64,000 bases of DNA from Octopus vulgaris (Eukaryota), in NCBI GenBank assembly GCA_951406725.2, contig OX597822.1:21204001-21268000 (forward strand), read 5' to 3'. The notes beneath the pieces were generated by a model. That model was given only the letters and a program-made list of their open reading frames with translations, made no database searches and was not told the origin of the DNA. This document shows, piece after piece, positions 59,921-64,000 of the stretch. Position 1 is the first letter of the stretch, and each line of letters starts with the position of its first letter. The translations under genes and the position numbers were made by a program.

Positions 59921-62717
59921 TCAGCTCTGGTGCTGGGTGCATGTCTTCTTTCTTCTGTTCCCTGGCCTCTTCGATGTATCATCAGTGAGTGTCAGTCGGT
60001 GACTGACTGACTTGTCAAATTTTTCCCGTTAAATACCCGCTGCTAGGCTCCAGCAGGCAGCCCCAGCAAGTTGTCACATGACACTGTCTCACCTTAACTG
60101 ACTAGTGAAGGCGTGTAGTTTTAGCCCATGCTTTTTCTAAATGACCGTCACCTGTCAGCCAGCGAAGCTGATTCAGTCAGCTTGTCTCACCTAATAATGT
60201 TATTTCCCGTTGGCATGTTTATGACTTTCAAGCCATTTTCGGTCTTCCCGCTTCAGCTATATATAGAAGTTGGCTTTTTCAACCGCCTCCTGTACTCTCC
60301 TTATTAGTTTATGCAGCTCAGGGCTAGAAAAAACAAATCTTATGTGTGTGTGTGTGCTTGGTGCAGGTATGTGGCTTAGTGACTACAGTTTGGAGCTCAT
60401 GTTCATTAGATTTTGGGTTCAATTCTCAGCTTAGGAAGCACATTGTATCCTTGAACATGGCACATTTTCATGTTGTCTAAGTCCTCTCAAGTGAAAATTA
60501 GTACCAGTGGGTACTTGTAAGCAACTCTGTGACAAACTAGTATCCCATTCAGAGGATGGTCCTGTATACTCTGTTGCCTAAAGGTCTTTGAATTCTGGAT
60601 AGGATTAGCCCACTTGAGCCTTTATGCTTGAAGCAAAGTTTAACAAACAGTCTGTGTGTGCATGTGTGTGTGTGCGTGTGTGTATGTGTGTGTGTGAACT
60701 GTTTGAACTTATTTCACTGAACCAGTAAGCTCTTCTATCATTTTACATATTCATACTTTATGTAGTTGTTAAATATGTGTATGTCTATGAGCAATTTGTT
60801 AACTGTATGTTTGTATATGAAATGTACACATATTTGGAATATATATAGGTGTGTGTGTGTGTAGTGAAAAAGTTTGTGTGTGAATTTAATACTCATACAT
60901 TTAGCTCCACTGTTTGCATAGATTATATGATTAAATCTTGGGGTTCTTTCTGCAGATGAACAACTTGACTAGTTTTCTCTGGCTGCAATAATTCTTTAGC
61001 TTGATCTTCTGGGAAGGCATTGTCATTAAACCATAGTGTTTATTTGCACAACAAAGCTGATTGTTTGAGTGTGTGTGTGTGTGGGGGGGGTAAAATGAAC
61101 ATGAAATCAAATGAACAAATATATAATGAAATTTTGATACAGAATTTTATTATTTGCAATCTTGTATATATATTAGAACAAACATAATATCCTATGGTCA
61201 GTGGTTCGATTTTTTTTTTTTTATGACAAAAAATATTAGTGTTATGCTAAATATCTTGAATGTAGTTTCTCCCCATCAAAGTTAACTTTGGCTTTCAGTC
61301 ATACTATGACAAGAACCAGTCTTGTATTGGATCATTTCAATTTGTGATACCTTGTTACATAGGTTTGTGACCTTCAGTCAGAATTAGATCTTGCTTGGAC
61401 TTTGTAGCAAATGTAATTCCTCTCGTGTTGCATATTGGAAATTGAGAAATTTGCAAATTGCAATTGCTGAAATTTTATCCTGTGCCTTTATTTGTAGTAA
61501 TGGTTTGTGTATTCTATCAAATGACTGCAAAGTAGTAGTTAGGTTTTTTTAAATTGGCAGTAATCTCTGTAGGCTACTCTGAATCCTTTTGAGATTGGTT
61601 TCTTATCCTTAATGTTTTAGAAAACTTCAGCGGGGTGAAAGTCATCATTCTTGGCTATTTCTTAAGCTGTTTTATAGGCAATGATTGTAGAAATGTCACT
61701 TGCATTTAATATGGCTAATTAGTAGAGCCTGAAATGAGATTACAAAATTATGGTTAAATCAGAAGGGTTCCTCTATAATTATTACACAACAAGAAAACAT
61801 ATTTGATCCAGTATTATAAGAAACATTAACATGTATTGGAAACAAAAAGATGCTTATTCTCTGCTAATATTTTGAGTACTGTATTTTCTGGCATTCAAAC
61901 TGACATAGCTTATAGTGTAAATACTCAAATATCATCACTATCTTTTCAAATTCTGCTGTATTTCACTTGGAATTTTTGGTCCTCCAAAGTCATCATGATG
62001 TGTAAGTCAACATACCTGTTTTAACTGTAAATTTTAGTCTGAAAACTTTGACTCAGAAATATGGTATATGTCTTGTACCACTTTTATAGCCACCATCATA
62101 TATAAGGAAGTATATGTGTGAACACATATTGCGTTCTATTGTTTGTGTAACTGATTAAGTTTCACATACATATTATACAAGATAACACTGGAAAACTGAC
62201 TCCACCTACTTGAACAATTTTGGACTCACCAAACAGAACTTACAAGGAAATATTCAAACTACCAAATCAATGTAAAAAGTGGCAACAAACAGTGGCATAT
62301 AATTTTTTAATGATTGAATATGTTAGATAATCAGAATGGTAGCTGACACTTGGAATATTCTACAACATTTTAGATACACTTTATTGATTTTAAGAGGCTT
62401 CTGGTGATTATTAATATTTTCAAAAGAAAATTTTCATAAACATTTGCTCTATTGAATATATTTTAAACATTCCTAATTAATTTCTTATTTTAATTTAGAT
62501 AATTTAATACAGTTAAATAAATATATAAAGCGTGCAATACTGTTTGTTTCAAAAATTTTTCCCCTAAAGATTTCCTAGTAATTTTTAATAATTTTACTGA
62601 TTAAATTTGGATATAAAATTGTTCATTTAAATCTGCCTCTAGTTCTTGTTCGATCAGGAAATATTTTGCAACTATTGCAGCAGATTATGCTGCAAAATAC
62701 TGTCTCTTTCTCTTTTG

Positions 62718-62764
<47 letters not shown>

Positions 62765-62772
62765 GGTTCAGA

Positions 62773-63295
62773 TGTGCAGAAAAGAAAAGACAAAGGCAGG
62801 TGAGGGAGCAAGAAGCAGGTGTATTAGTTTGATGCTTGGGAAGAATGGAAAAGTCTTTGACATTTAGAGCCTACACTCTTTGAAAGAAAGGATGAGAGGA
62901 AATAAACAGAGCGAGAAAAATTGTGTCAGGATTAACGGTTTAACATGGCGAAATGACTTGAAGAAAGAGGTCAAGTGAAGGAGAGATAACAGTGTCCTAG
63001 CTGAACTGGGGTGTAGCATGTATGTGTGTGTATGTGAGAATGGTGTCTGAGTTTGTGTGGGGGCGAGTGCATGTGTATGTATGTGCGGACATTACATCAT
63101 GTTGAACCATTAATCCATACACACTTTTTCTCTCAACTTTTTTTTCATTCTCTCTCCACCTTTTTTTTTGTCCTCTGTCCTTTCTATCTATGAGCATAGG
63201 CTTGAAATGTCAAAGACTTTCCCATTCTTCCCAAGTGTCAAACTAATACACCCGCTTGTTGTTCTTTCCCTTGTTTTCTCCTTTGTTTTCTGCAA
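62773..63295. mobile_element. Inverted pair of decayed pLTR-like units of the 56765-56938 family
   Basis: 62773-62927 (-) and ~63120-63295 (+) are diverged inverted copies, each with a decayed minimal HHR (e.g. 63180-63215). Confidence 0.6.
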
Positions 63296-64000
63296 ATTTG
63301 AACAAAACACAAACACACACAAAGAGGATGGGTAGTTGATTTTGAGTGTGTTCTATGAGGGTGAAGTTTCAGCATCATGTCTGTTCTATAAAGTTGCTGT
63401 GTTTCACTGCAATTAGTTTTAAAGATTACTCAGATGTATTACTGGCATTCTATGTTTTTGTTGCTCTTACGGATTTGGAGATGCTGTAAAATTACTTGAT
63501 TTACATTCAAAATTCATTAGGTAGTCATATTCCTTAATTGTTAAACCTTTTCAGTGGAGATGAATGGAGGTGCTAATTTTCTTTATTATTTTTGAATGTT
63601 AGTAATTGTTTACCTTTTCACAATGTCCATTTCTTACATCAAGCACCTGAAGAGAAATAGGAAATTCACAAAAGTTAAATTGCTCAGTATAATATAAACA
63701 TACACCTAAAGCAGCAATGACTTGAATAATTACTCTGCTCTCTGTACAACTGCAACAACTAATCAGAAAGTTTCTACATAGTTAACCTACCTATCAAAAT
63801 ATAAGTAAAGTCTTCCTCAAATATCTTATTTTTTAAAAAATGAAAATGAAGTTAAGGAGCAGTGTAGTCCTAAGATGTGATGGTCATGGCTAGACTACTT
63901 TTCATCACAGGTTTGCTCAAAATTATCTGAAATTAAACAACAATAGTTATTACTGTTTTATGAATACTCTCAGATCACTACACATGGCGTGGACTAAAAG

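Noticed and set aside
59775-59930. Two tandem canonical type I hammerheads on - (CTGAAGA..GAAA, CTGATGA..GAAA)
   Set aside because: Stems I and II do not pair in the canonical reading; the rearranged fold explains the sequence much better

Overview
AT-rich eukaryotic intergenic or intronic DNA. The SINE families and very long (TA)n tracts resemble an octopus genome, but this is recognition by eye and was not searched. No host protein-coding gene can be supported, and most track ORFs are microsatellite artefacts. Contents: four mariner copies or relics (one near-intact, 52128-53418), an intron-containing hAT-like transposase relic, two R4/Dong-type LINE fragments, a probable Penelope-like RT relic, a Helitron relic, dozens of SINEs and several kb-long (TA)n tracts. 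The window is rich in hammerhead ribozyme (HHR) motifs inside short Penelope-like pLTR/retrozyme-type elements, most lodged in microsatellites. Some are type I or minimal motifs with a palindromic stem III. The main observation is three sequence-unrelated copies (4566-4712 +, 28622-28742 +, 59834-59920 -) of a rearranged, non-circularly permuted hammerhead. Their strand order is P1, P2 hairpin, II, III'-UH-I, II'-GAAA-III, I'-CUGAUGA, P1', so stems I, II and III all cross, and the pairing is kept by compensatory sequence changes. All structures were derived by eye and no activity is shown.
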